From NCBI GenBank assembly GCA_028534125.1, contig CM052817.1:106580001-106644000 (forward strand): a DNA stretch of 64,000 nt. The letters run 5' to 3'. Position 1 is the first letter of the stretch. The number at the start of each line of letters is the position of its first letter. The DNA comes from Lama glama (taxonomy: Eukaryota). The notes under the pieces are model-generated. The model saw only the letters and a list, made by a program, of their open reading frames with translations. It was not told where the DNA came from and ran no database searches. Made by a program: the position numbers and the translations under genes. This document shows positions 13,301-24,449 of the stretch, one piece after another.

Positions 13301-14249
13301 GAGTTTATGTCCAAGTAACCCCTATTTATCGGCCTTTTTGTCCCAACAGTCTCATGTCAACTCCTCAAGCCTGCATCTGTCAGTCTTTTCCTGATGGTAG
13401 GGGTCTGTCTGCCAGAGGACTTGTTCCTCCCCCATTTTTTTCATACTGTGATTTCTAACAAGAGCTCCATACTCTCTGTCCATCAGAGATCAGTCTCTAG
13501 CAGGGGGCAGGGGGTCTGCACATGGAGGCCAGGCCTCCCCTTGGTTCCTTGTGATGTCTAGTTGCTCCTAGAGATAAAGTCACATAAAGAGTGGACTTTC
13601 AGATTTGGAAAGAGAACGAAAAAAAGGATCACTTCCAAAACAACTGAGGTCAGGCTACTAAGAGTAAGGTCTTCCCTTAAATCTTTGGTGCTACTTGCTG
13701 CTAAGCAGAACACCACTAAGACAATAACTTAGGAAATGACATTTTGGGGAGCTCAAGGGAAAACTCAGACCAAGAGCAACTAAAAATGCATTAAGGTTAC
13801 AATTGGACACAAAGTTAAGGCAAATCTGCAAGATTAGATACATAGCTTGCTCCCAACAAAGCACTACCTCCTCCTCAATAATGCTGTGTTTTGGGGTGTC
13901 AGAAATGGGGCACCCCTGTTGTTTTAGGGATGCCACCTGAATATTCTTCATTGATCCAGACCACCAAATTGTGCTAAAAATTAATATTATTCAGTTTGGG
14001 TGGGACCAAGTTAGGGACTGGTCTTTAAGCTCCTAAATCCATAAAAGTCTTCAAAATGAGAGGAACACAACTGTGGCTTCCACTCCAGTTGGCCTTTTTC
14101 TCCTAAGCTACCCATGTTTCAGAAGCTAATGCTGTAGTTGAGGTTGCCCAGCTTTTGCTAAAAACCATGAAGCAACTAGAGAAACAAGAAAACCATGAAA
14201 ACATCAAGCTCTACTCTGGTTAATCCTCTGCCTGCCCCCTCTCTTGTAG

Positions 14250-14380
14250 GTATGGAAGGCCAGAGGATACGGAGAAGGTCCACCTCTGATATTTGTCATG
14301 AGTTCCCAAAGGGCCCCCACAGTGGCGAGGACGGTAGAGTTTTTAGTCTACCACATTCAGCATCATAGGGAAAAATCTAG
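14250..14380 (+). other. Candidate internal exon (131 nt) of an unknown, probably non-coding transcript
   Basis: Branch-like TTAAT, pyrimidine tract CCTCTGCCTGCCCCCTCTCTTGTAG|G, and consensus donor TAG|GTGAGT. Confidence 0.3.
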
Positions 14381-14909
14381 GTGAGTAAGACTTTACAGTG
14401 AGCTAAGACAGATAGCCTAACGCTGACTAAACATTGAACAGTATCAGGAAATGAGCAAAAGGTTGACAGTGGAAGTGTCCCAAGAGATTCTAGCCACAAA
14501 ATAGCATCACCCAGAGCCAGAGAACATAGGGCAGAGATGTTTCAGCAAAGAAAGGAGGCATTACTGTAAGATTAGTTTTCACTTTAGGAAAAAAATTATA
14601 GATATGAATTCAGAAATTCCCTCAAAGGTCAGAGATTCTGAGGAATTGTCAATAGCAAAAGGTCTTATCTCCTAAACTACCGTCAGGAGAGCCACTGTGG
14701 TAAGAAACTCTCTAAAGCTACAAAGCACCTTAGTATTCTAGGAACTTCAGTGACCAAGGAGTGCCTCTGACAGCTAACAGTGTTGGATGACACAGAATTC
14801 AGGTCAACCATGCCCCATAGAGCAGTTTGCTGGTAAATTAAAGCTCAAGTCCCTCACCTCAGGGGCCATGGCTTCTAAGATCTTGGGAGTCCCATCGCCA
14901 GAGTGTTTC

Positions 14910-15217
14910 CACTAGGGCTGTGACTACTGAGTGCTTCATTTGTGGCTAGTCTGATTGAGATGGGTTATAAATGTAAAATATGTATCAGATTTCAAAGACT
15001 TAGTTTGAAACAAATAACATAAAATGTCTCATTAATATTTTATACTGGTGCATTTAGAAATAAATATTTGACTGTAGTCTATTAAATACATTATTAAAAT
15101 GATTTCAACTGTTGGTTTCTGACTTTTTGAAGTGTGACTACTTAAAAGTCAAAAAAGCACATGTGGCTTAATCACGTGGCTTAGACATTTCTTTATATTT
15201 CTGTTGGAGAGCACTGC
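14910..15217 (+). mobile_element. MER33 (hAT-Charlie)
   Basis: TGTGGCTAGTCTGATTGAGATG...AATGTAAAATA...GATTTCAAAGACTTAGT...ATATTTCTGTTGGAGAGCACTG. Confidence 0.75.
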
Positions 15218-15607
15218 ATTAGGCTTCCTCATCTCAAAGCCCTTTACCTCCGTTCCAATATGACTATGGCCTCAACCTGGAGCTCCCCACCAGGGACAGC
15301 GGTACCTTCTGAAATAATACCCTCTGACATCCCACCCTCCGACCTCAAACTTATGCCTTTCCAGCTTCTGTCCTCAGCATGCCAATCTTCCAGCCTTGCA
15401 GGGACCTCTCATACATTGCTCCTTCTGTATATGCCCTAGTCATGTTGCCTCTTATCTTTAACTCCTCGTGGGACATGATATAAGCCATTGTCCACTGCCA
15501 CCATCCCAATGGCCATTCTCTTTCATTATCCCTCTTTGGTAAAATACTAACTCTCTGCCTTTTTAGGCTTGTCTTATAGGAGGTGGCTGGTACCTGTTGG
15601 ATAAAAT

Positions 15608-15657
15608 CACACACGCGTGCACGCACGTGCGTGCACACACACACACACACACACACA
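15608..15657. repeat. Alternating purine-pyrimidine tract (CA/CG/TG) with 20-bp palindrome
   Basis: CACACACGCGTGCACGCACGTGCGTGCACACACA... Confidence 0.9.
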
Positions 15658-16398
15658 AGGACATTGTTAAGACCATACTCTCTTGATCTAGAAAGAATAG
15701 CTCAAAGACTGCTGGAAATTGAACCATTCATTCCGTATATATAAAGTGTCTAGTATTTCTCGCATTTAGACTACATCAATGAACAGAACTGATAAAAGCT
15801 CCCTGCCTCTTGTAGTTTATGTCATTTACCTGGTCAACTGTCTTTCCCATCTTCGATATTATTTCAAACCTCCACTTCCTAAAACTTCTGCATTCACCAC
15901 CTCAGGAGGTGTTCTAGGTCCCCACTCTACAGAGGAACTACAAGCCATTAGATGGGAAATTTTCATCCCCAAATGCATACATCCCACTTCTCCTTTAACT
16001 CCATGGTAACCCTGCCAAAAGGGGATAGTTGTCTTTACTTCCCTCATTACAGGGCATTTCCCAATATGTTTTAACTTTTGGTTTCATTTAATCATCTTCT
16101 TTGGGGAAAAGAATCATGCCTATCCCTGACAACAGTGCTGACTGTCTTATCCTCAGTTTCCGGACTTAGCACCTAGCTGCCAATCAGGAAACTTTTGGGG
16201 GAAGGAATGAGCAATGAGAGGGGCACCTGGAAGAAGTCAGGGATGGCATCACCCATAGTGGAGTATTTAAGCCAAGCACCCCAGGAGTCTCTTGGGAGTT
16301 TCCTAGTTCCCTGATGTGACAGTGATGTCATAAGGTCCCGACAGGCTTTTCATGTAATACTCCTTCTCTCCCAAGACTCAACAAGTTAATAATAATAG

Positions 16399-16439
16399 TC
16401 ATCATCACCATCACCATCACCATCACCATCATCATCATC
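16399..16439. repeat. (CAT/CAC)n trinucleotide repeat
   Basis: Directly visible. Confidence 0.9.
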
Positions 16440-16924
16440 TAGACCTCATTTACTGAGGTCCCACTACGTACTGGCAGTCTGGTCTGGGACAGTCATTTGA
16501 CCCAAGTTCCAGAGCTCGTCTATTAAGAGAGATGCACTAGTGCCCTCTGATAGGATTGTTGTGGGGAATAGAATACTTTCCCTCTTGCATCTGCATTATC
16601 AGTTATTATCACCCAGTCATTCAAGCACGAGACATGGAGCCATCTTGTGCTTGTTTTTCATCCTTTTTGTAATTAGTCTACATGTCTTGCATGTGTTCTT
16701 CTGGTACGTATTTCCCAAGTCTGTCTCTATGCAGAGCCTCATCACCTTTCACCCAAGCTGCAGCACCTCTCATATCACAGTCCCTCCAGCTTTGCCTCTT
16801 TTATGACCTTTACTCTAATCACTACCTGAGAAATCTACCAAATGCGATATTTCCATGCTTGAAACCCTTCAATAACTCTCTGGTCTACCAAATCAAGTCT
16901 GTGCTTCCTACCCTGGTGTATTAT

Positions 16925-17570
16925 CTATTTATATTGTCTTCTAGTTTAATTCCATTTAGATAAGGAAGCAGACTTTGTATAACTTCAAACCTTTGAAATT
17001 TATTAACTTGTTTTATGGTCTGGAGTATTGTTTATTTTGGTGAATAGCCTATGAGCATTTCAAGAGGATGTGTCTTCTGCTGTTGTGTGAATTGTTCCAT
17101 AAATGGAAATGAGGTCAAGTTGACTGATAGTGTTATACAAGTCTCTGTATACTCACTGGTTTTCTTTCTACTTGTTTCTTCAATTACAGAGAAAGGAATG
17201 TTGAAATCTCCAAGAATAAATGCTAAGCTACCTACTTCTACTTTCAGTCCTATTTATATTTACTTCATGTACTTTATAACTCTATCATTGCGAATATATA
17301 TACTTAGTACCATTATATCCTCTTGATAAGTTGACCCCTTTATTATTAGTATATGTCTTGTTCTATCCCTGACAACATTATTGTTCTGGAATAGATTTTA
17401 TCTGATAATAATATAATTGTTATAACTTCCTTTTGATTCGTTTTTACATGGCAAATATTTTTCTATCATTTTTTCTTTTAAAATATCACTGTTTCCAGTT
17501 AAAGTGAGATTCATCCAAGCAGTATATATTTGGGCTGTACCATTTAATCCAATATAACAATGCATGTCTG
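16925..17570 (-). mobile_element. Old L1M ORF2 (endonuclease region) fragment
   Basis: Antisense L1 phrases TTGAAATTTATT...GTTGAAATCTCCAA...GTTGACCCCTTTATTATT. Confidence 0.65.
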
Positions 17571-18913
17571 TTTTAAAAATTCAGCTTTATTGAGGTATAA
17601 TCAATATATAAAATTATAAAATATTTGAAGTGTACATTATGATGATTTGATATATGTGTACATTGTGAAAAAATTCCTCCCATCTAGTTAATTAACACAT
17701 CCATCACCTCCCATATTAATCTTTGTGTGTGTATGAGAACATTTAAATTCCACTCTCTTAGCTAATTTCAATTACATGGTGCAGTGTTATCAACCATAGT
17801 CATCAAGTTATACATTAGAGCCAAACATTGTATTTTTCTTATAGCTAAAATTTTGTACCCTATAACCAATCTGTCTTTACTTTCCCCACCACCCCACACC
17901 TGGTAACCACTTTTCTTCTTTCTGTTTCTATGACCTTGAATTATTTTTTTTTGATTCCACATATGATACCATGCAGTATTCGTCATTCTCTGTCTGGTTT
18001 ATTTCACTTAGCCTAATGCCTGGAGGGCATTTATTCATTTTGTTGTAAATGACAGTATTTCTTCCTTTTTATGGTTGAATAAGTCTCCTAAATATTTATA
18101 TAGGAATATATATATATATATATAAAATATATAATATACAAATAAAATATAATATATATAAATTAAATAGTATATACACCACGTTTTCTTTATCCATTCA
18201 TCTGACAATGGATAATTTGGCTTTTTCCACATCTAGTAATTGGTCTATTCATATTTTCTATTTCATCATATTCAGTCTTGGTAAGTTATATGTTTATAGG
18301 TATGTACCTATTTCTTCTGGATTGTCCACTTTCTTGGCATGTAATTATTCATAGTCTTTTATAGTCTTTTGTACTTTTGTGGTGTTGTAGCAACTCCTCT
18401 TTCATTTCTTGGTGAGTCTAACTAAACATTTGTCTATATTGTTTATCTTTGGAAAAAACAGTTCAACTTTATTGATTTTTATCATCTTTTTAGTCTCTAT
18501 TTCATTTATCTTCGTTATTTCTTTCCTTCTACTAATTTCATGCTTAATTTGTTCTTCTTTATCTAATTCCTTGAGTTGTAAAGTTAGGTTGTTTACTGAA
18601 GCTCTTTCTTGTTTTTAATGTAGGTCTTTATTACCATGACCTTTCCTCTTAGAACTGCTTTTGCTTTCTTTATCTTATAAGATTTAATATGCTGTATTTC
18701 TGTTTTCACTTGTCTCAAGATTTATTCATTTCTCTTTTGATATCTTTTTTGACCTATTGATTGTTCAAAGTGTCTATTAAGTCCATTTTGTCTAATGTGT
18801 CACTTAATCCCAGTGTTTCCTTGTTGATTTTCTGTTTTGCTTATCAATCTACTGATAGATAAGTGGGGTATTGAAGTCCCTTGCCATTATCGTATTGCTG
18901 TTCATTTCTCCTT

Positions 18914-19135
18914 CTAGGTCTGTAATACTTGCTTTACATATTTAGATGCTCTTATGTTAGGTGCATAAATATTGACAAATGTTGTATTCCTTTGTTGGAT
19001 TGATTCTTTTATCATTGTATAATGGCCTTCTATCTCTCCTATTACAGTCTTTGTCTTAAAGTCTACCTTGTCTGATGTAATTATAGCTACTCCTCTTTCT
19101 TTCAGGTTCCACTTACATGAAATACCTTTTTCCAT
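18914..19135 (-). pseudogene. L1 ORF2p endonuclease domain remnant
   Basis: GVAIITSDKVDFKTKTV...EGHYTMIKESIQQ...VNIYAPN...KYVKQ matches L1 ORF2p EN motifs. Confidence 0.9.
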
Positions 19136-20117
19136 CCCTTCACTTTAACCTGTGTGTGCCCTGAAAGCTGAGGTAAGTCTCTTGTAGGTAGTATATAGTT
19201 GGATCCTGTTTTTATTGTTTTTTTTAATCCATTCAGCCACTCTGTCTTTTGATTGTATAATTTGGTCCATTTACATTTAAAGTAATTATTGATAGGTATG
19301 AACTTACTATTGCCATTTTGTTAACAATTTTCTGTCTGTTTTATAATTCCTTTGTTCCTTTCTTCTTCTCTTTCTCTTGTCCTTAGTGATTTTGATAATT
19401 TTCTATAGTGGTATGCTTAGATTTCTTTCTTTTTCTCTTTTGTGTATCTGCTGTAAGTTTTTACTTTGTGGTTTCTATGAAGCTTATATAAGAATCCTCT
19501 ATTTATAACAGTCTATTTTAAGTTGGTAACAACTTAAGTTTGAATTAATTCTAAAAGTCTACATTTTACACTTCCCCCAACATCTTATGCTTTTGACATC
19601 ACAGCTTAAATCTTTTCATGTTATGTAGCTGTTAAATTAGTATGCTTTTTATATGCTGTCTTTTAACTTTCATACTTGATTTATGTGATACATACCACAA
19701 TGACAATATCATATTATTCTGAATTTAACTATATATTTACCTTAACTAGTGAGATTTACAGTATCATATGTTTTCCTCTTACTGACTATCATCTTTTCAT
19801 TTCAGCTTGAAGAAGTCTTTTTAATATTTCTTTTGTAAGGCCAATCTAGTGGTGATGAACTCTTTTAGCTTTTGCTTGTCTAGAAAACTCTCTAACTCTC
19901 TTTTAATTCTGAAGGACAGCTTTGCCAGATAGATCATTCTTTGTTGGCAGATCTTTTTTCTTTTTACACTTTGACTATATCATGCTATTCCCTTTTGACC
20001 TGCATAGTTACTGCTGAGAAATCTGCTAAAAGTCTTTTGGGGTTTCCTTATACTAACAACTTGATTTTTTCTTGCTGATTTTAAGATGCTCTCCTTGTCT
20101 TTAACATTTGACAGTTT

Positions 20118-20413
20118 TTGTTTTTGTTTTTGTTTTTTTACATTTTTTATTGATTCATAATCATTTTACAGTGTTGTGTCAAGTTCCAGTGTTCAGCACA
20201 ATTTTTCAGTCATTCATGGACATATACACACTCATTGTCACATTTTTTTCTCTGTGATTTATCATAACATTTTGTGTATATTTCCCTGTGCTATACAGTG
20301 TAATCTTGTTTATCTATTCTACAATTTTGAAATCCCAGTCTATCCCTTCCCACCCTCTACCCCCCCCCCCCCAGTAACCACAAGTCTGTATTCTCTGTCC
20401 GTGAGTCTATTTC
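20118..20413 (-). mobile_element. Young L1 3'UTR insertion nested in the older L1
   Basis: (AAAAAC)n tail, TGTATAGCACAGGGAAAT motif, perfect 10-bp TSD TTGACAGTTT at 20108-20117 and 20414-20423. Confidence 0.88.
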
Positions 20414-21444
20414 TTGACAGTTTAATTATAGTGTGTCTTGGTGTGGATCTCATTGGTTTCATCTCATTTGGAACTGATGGACTTTCTGGATCTGGGTATG
20501 TCTTTCTCCATTTTAGGGAAGTTTTCAGCCATTATGTCTTTGAATAAGCTTCTGTCACTTTCTCTCTCTTCTTCTTCGGGGATTCATATAATGTGAACAT
20601 TGGTCCTCTTGATTGTTTCCCACTAGTATGTCAAGCAGTCTTTAGTCTTTTTCATTCTTTTTCTTTTTGCTCCTCTTATGGATGAATTCCACTGCCATGT
20701 CTTTGAGTTCACTGATCTTTTCTCCCATTTTATTTAGTCTCCTGTTTAACCCCTCTATTGAATTTTTCAATTCAGTTATTTTATTTTTCAGCTCTGAGAT
20801 CTATTTTTGGTACTTTCTTATAATTTTTAATCTCCTGGTTGAAATTTTAACCTTGTTTATGCATTGTTCTCCTGATCTTGGTAAACATCTTTATGACCAT
20901 AATTTTGAACTCTCTACTCGGTAAATCACTTACCTCTGTTTCTTCAAGGCCTGTTTCTGGAGTTTTGTTCTTTTCTTTAGAACATATGCCTCTATTTCAT
21001 TTCTGTGACTCTCTGAATTGTTTTGTGTGCATTAGATAAAACAGTGACCTCTCCCAGTCTTGACAGACTGCTGTTCTCATGTAGGAGGCAAGCCTTACCT
21101 CCAGCCCAGTCAAGCACTTCATTGTTTCGCAAATCTTTGTTATTGTCCAAGCTGCCTTTTTTGTTCTTAATGTCTCCCAGTAGTTGAGGATATGCTAAGA
21201 CTTATTTCAATTGTTGGTATTTTCTTGTTTGCCCCATTTGTAGGTTTCACACAGCTGATTTCTGGAATTGCTCCATGTGTAGCTCTGTACATGGTGTGTC
21301 CGTGAGTGGAGGTGCATTCAGAGCTCTCTGTCTTGCTATCTTGGACTGGCACTTTCCTCTTTCAAAATTCTTTATAGTCTAAGGACTTTATTTGTCTTTC
21401 ACCATCTGGCTTGTCTCGCCTAGCATAATGCCCTTATAAATGAG

Positions 21445-21697
21445 CAGTCTCGCTTCTGAGCATATAACCAAAGGATATAAAAATGATATTGAAAAGATAT
21501 GCATTCCCATGTGTATTCCATCATTATTCACAGTAGCTGAGATATGAAAATAATCTAAGTGTCCATTACTGGATGAATGGATTAAGAAATTTTATATGTA
21601 TATGCACAATAGAATATTATTCAGCCATGAGAAAAAGATGAAATCCTGCTATTTGCTGCAACAATGTGGATGCATCTTGAAGACATTATACTAGGCA
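21445..21697 (+). mobile_element. L1 ORF2 C-terminal fragment
   Basis: TTATTCACAGTAGC...AAGTGTCCATTACTGGATGAATGGAT...GAATATTATTCAGCCATG. Confidence 0.75.
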
Positions 21698-23679
21698 GTG
21701 ATTCATTAGGTGTAGCTAGGTCCCTTAATTGTTGCCATGTAATACTTTATTTAACTTTTTAAAATCTCTATATTTTTTGAGTGCAGGATATGTATTACAT
21801 ATTGTACTAGACTCTTGACAGTGACAACAATGAAAAAAAACTTCTTTGCCTAAAAATAATAAGGCGCATATAGAATAATGACAAAAAGAAAAAAGCTGTC
21901 CAGGCAAATTATTTGCAAAAGCAAGAGAAGAATAACTAGAATTATTGCTAAGAGTATATACATTCCATCCATATTCTGTAGCTTTATAAATGTATATTTT
22001 CAATGATGGATTATTCTATTATGACTATTATCAAAAGTAATAGTGTAAAACACACCGATATCTAAAACCAAAATATTTTTCTTTGGCATCCCATTTTAGT
22101 CAATAATATGTATATGAATAAGTATTAACTTTTCGCCATATGCATTAACAAAAGGAAATAAAATATTAATGCACTCTTTGTAGCATGATTTATTTTATCT
22201 GTATTTGGGACCATCATCTCTAACTTCCTTATTTTTATAAGAAAAATTCAAATGAATAATAAAATGAAACTCCACTACTATTCTTTTAAGGGTTACAAAA
22301 TTATTCACTTATAGCATGAACATTTCTCTCTCCAATAAAGAACTGGAGCTCTAACTTCATTACTGAAATGGAACTTTCTTTTTCCAACTGGCAGGGAAGA
22401 TACATTGCAGGAAAACAATGGAGACTGTTTCTGTTCTTGCTGTTGCCATTTGACAGTAATGAGAATGAATATTAAATTGCAAATGTGGTATAAATATTAG
22501 ATGGGAAATAGTGATGTTACCATAATTCAAATTATCTTTCATTATTTTCAGCTCACTAATTTTTTATAGTCCTTGCTTGAAATAGCATTATGCAATCTAC
22601 AATATACACTAATTGAAACTGTGTCAGCAGTTAGCATTCTATTAACTAGTCTAACTTCCAGGGGTTTAATTTTAGCTACCACAATCCTTTTGTATCAATG
22701 CTTTTCCTATGAGTTCTTAATTGTGTATGCAGTGTGGTTGATGAGTTCTATTATTCTTATTTGGGGATGGCATAGAGCAGACAAAAGAGGAAGATTGTGC
22801 TTTTTGATATTTGTTTATTTTCCGTTAGCAGTATTTGACCTCATTGCGTTAGTCTGCAGTGAGTTGATGCTAAGGATGAGAAGTTATCTTACCACAGCTT
22901 AAAATTTAATTATTTGACTTTCTTGGTAACTATTTAATTCTCAGTGTCCCTGAATTTACTATAAATCTCAATATAAGGTTAGGCTAAGCTTGCCTTCCAT
23001 AAATCTCTGCTTTTCTTGCTTTCTTTTCTGTATTTGCTTTAAGAATGAAAATTAAATGCTGATCAATTTAATGTTATTCAGTGAGATACCCAGTTACCTA
23101 ACTAGCAAATCAAAGACAAAAATACTTTTAAGATCACTCAAAGCAGATGTGTTTCTTTGGGAAAACATCCTTTCCCAGAGCTTTTTTTTTTTAATTTGTA
23201 CCAAGAAATAGTTCATTTATTTAAAATGTAAATCACAATATTGATAAAGTTCGCTCTAGCATGTCACACTACAAAGTAAAAAAAATAAATAAAAGAATGC
23301 TCTATACAAAATAATAGCACATGTTATTTTCCAATCTTCACAAAGTGTGGGAGAGTCCAGCCTATTCCATAATCAAAATGTCAGCCCTTTTCGAATGATT
23401 GACAAACCCTACTTCTGGTCAGGACATATTTTAGGATTCACAAATTAATAATTTCATTATTCTGCATCTGACCAATGTTACCTGTGATTATACCAAGACC
23501 CAATTTCTAGTTATTATGCCTCCTTATTCTTACCCCACGCCTCCATCCTTACAGATATTAACTCTACAGGTGTTATTTAGATTGTTGCTTTTTTCCAATC
23601 AGATCCTTAGTTTATTTTCTAAATCTGTTCTTTCTTCTGTTTATCAAATCATTCATTCTTTTTGTCCCTTTTATTTTAC

Positions 23680-24400
23680 ATGTTCATAACAGTTTTTTAA
23701 TTGGATAACTCCCATTTTATGGAAAATTACCCACGGAGTACACATGAAGAAGTCAGTTGTCCCTCTGGGAAGTTCCTTTGAGTAACCAAAGGTAGCTTCA
23801 TTTTGAAGAGATCTTTATGGTCATTGTAAGTTACATGATCTACTGGAGTCATCTCTTTAGTCACCTGAATGTCTCTTATGATCGCTCCTAATATACAGGT
23901 TACTGTATTTTGGGGAAGAAGGCAAGTTAATACCTGACTCCCAGATAGCAAGTATGTCCCAGGGTTGTACATGTTGCCCTTGGAAAGAAGCTACTGTTAA
24001 ATTCTTGGGAGCCCTCAAGAAAGGTCTATAGCAGTCACTGAATTCAGGTTGAAATTGCTTCCAAGGTAGCCTTAGGGTTCCTAGTTCAGTTACGTAATCA
24101 ATTCTAGTTTTTGTGTTTGGAGGGACTGCTTGAGGGAAGGGAGCGGGGAAGACATCCAAAAGTGTTAATGAATGTTTGCATGGAAAGTGGAGGAACGTCA
24201 TCATTAATTATTCCTAGTAGACTTCTTGGTAAGGTTAATGGGAATAGTCAGAACAGTTTGACTGGGATAAGAAAGGGATTTGGCAGACTCAACAGTGAGT
24301 TAAATTTATAGTGCTTGCAACAGTTGAAGAAAACGGCCCCAAGGTATTTTCTTTCATGAGGAAGCCTCCAGGGGTGATTCTGGAAGAGATTGTTAAGGTC
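23680..24400 (-). pseudogene. Degraded retroviral env (SU and TM start), gamma-type
   Basis: Hand translation: MKENTLGPFSSTVASTINLTHC*VCQIP (CWVC at 24283-24294), LTIPINLT, GTYLLSGSQVLTCLLPQNTVTCILG, TQR|NFPEG, then MGVIQLKN. Confidence 0.65.
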
Positions 24401-24449
24401 ATTCTTTCCTCACCTGTACTTTTGAGCGTCTGAGATCTTTCCTCCCCAG

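Larger units (their letters stand above)
17575..21350 (-). mobile_element. L1MA9-like LINE-1: 5'UTR, ORF1, ORF2 5' part and 3'UTR, with most of ORF2 deleted
   Basis: 3'UTR (CCATCACCTC...CTCTCTTAGC...TACATTAGA) at 17575-18232, ORF2 EN remnant at 18914-19135, ORF1-like antisense sequence ~19800-20900. Confidence 0.8.

Noticed and set aside
13495..13512. CTCF-like CTAGCAGGGGGCAG
   Set aside because: Mismatch at a key core C; weaker than the 50801 site
16399..16439. Poly-His coding-like repeat
   Set aside because: Preceded by in-frame TAA/TAG stops and followed closely by TGA; simple microsatellite
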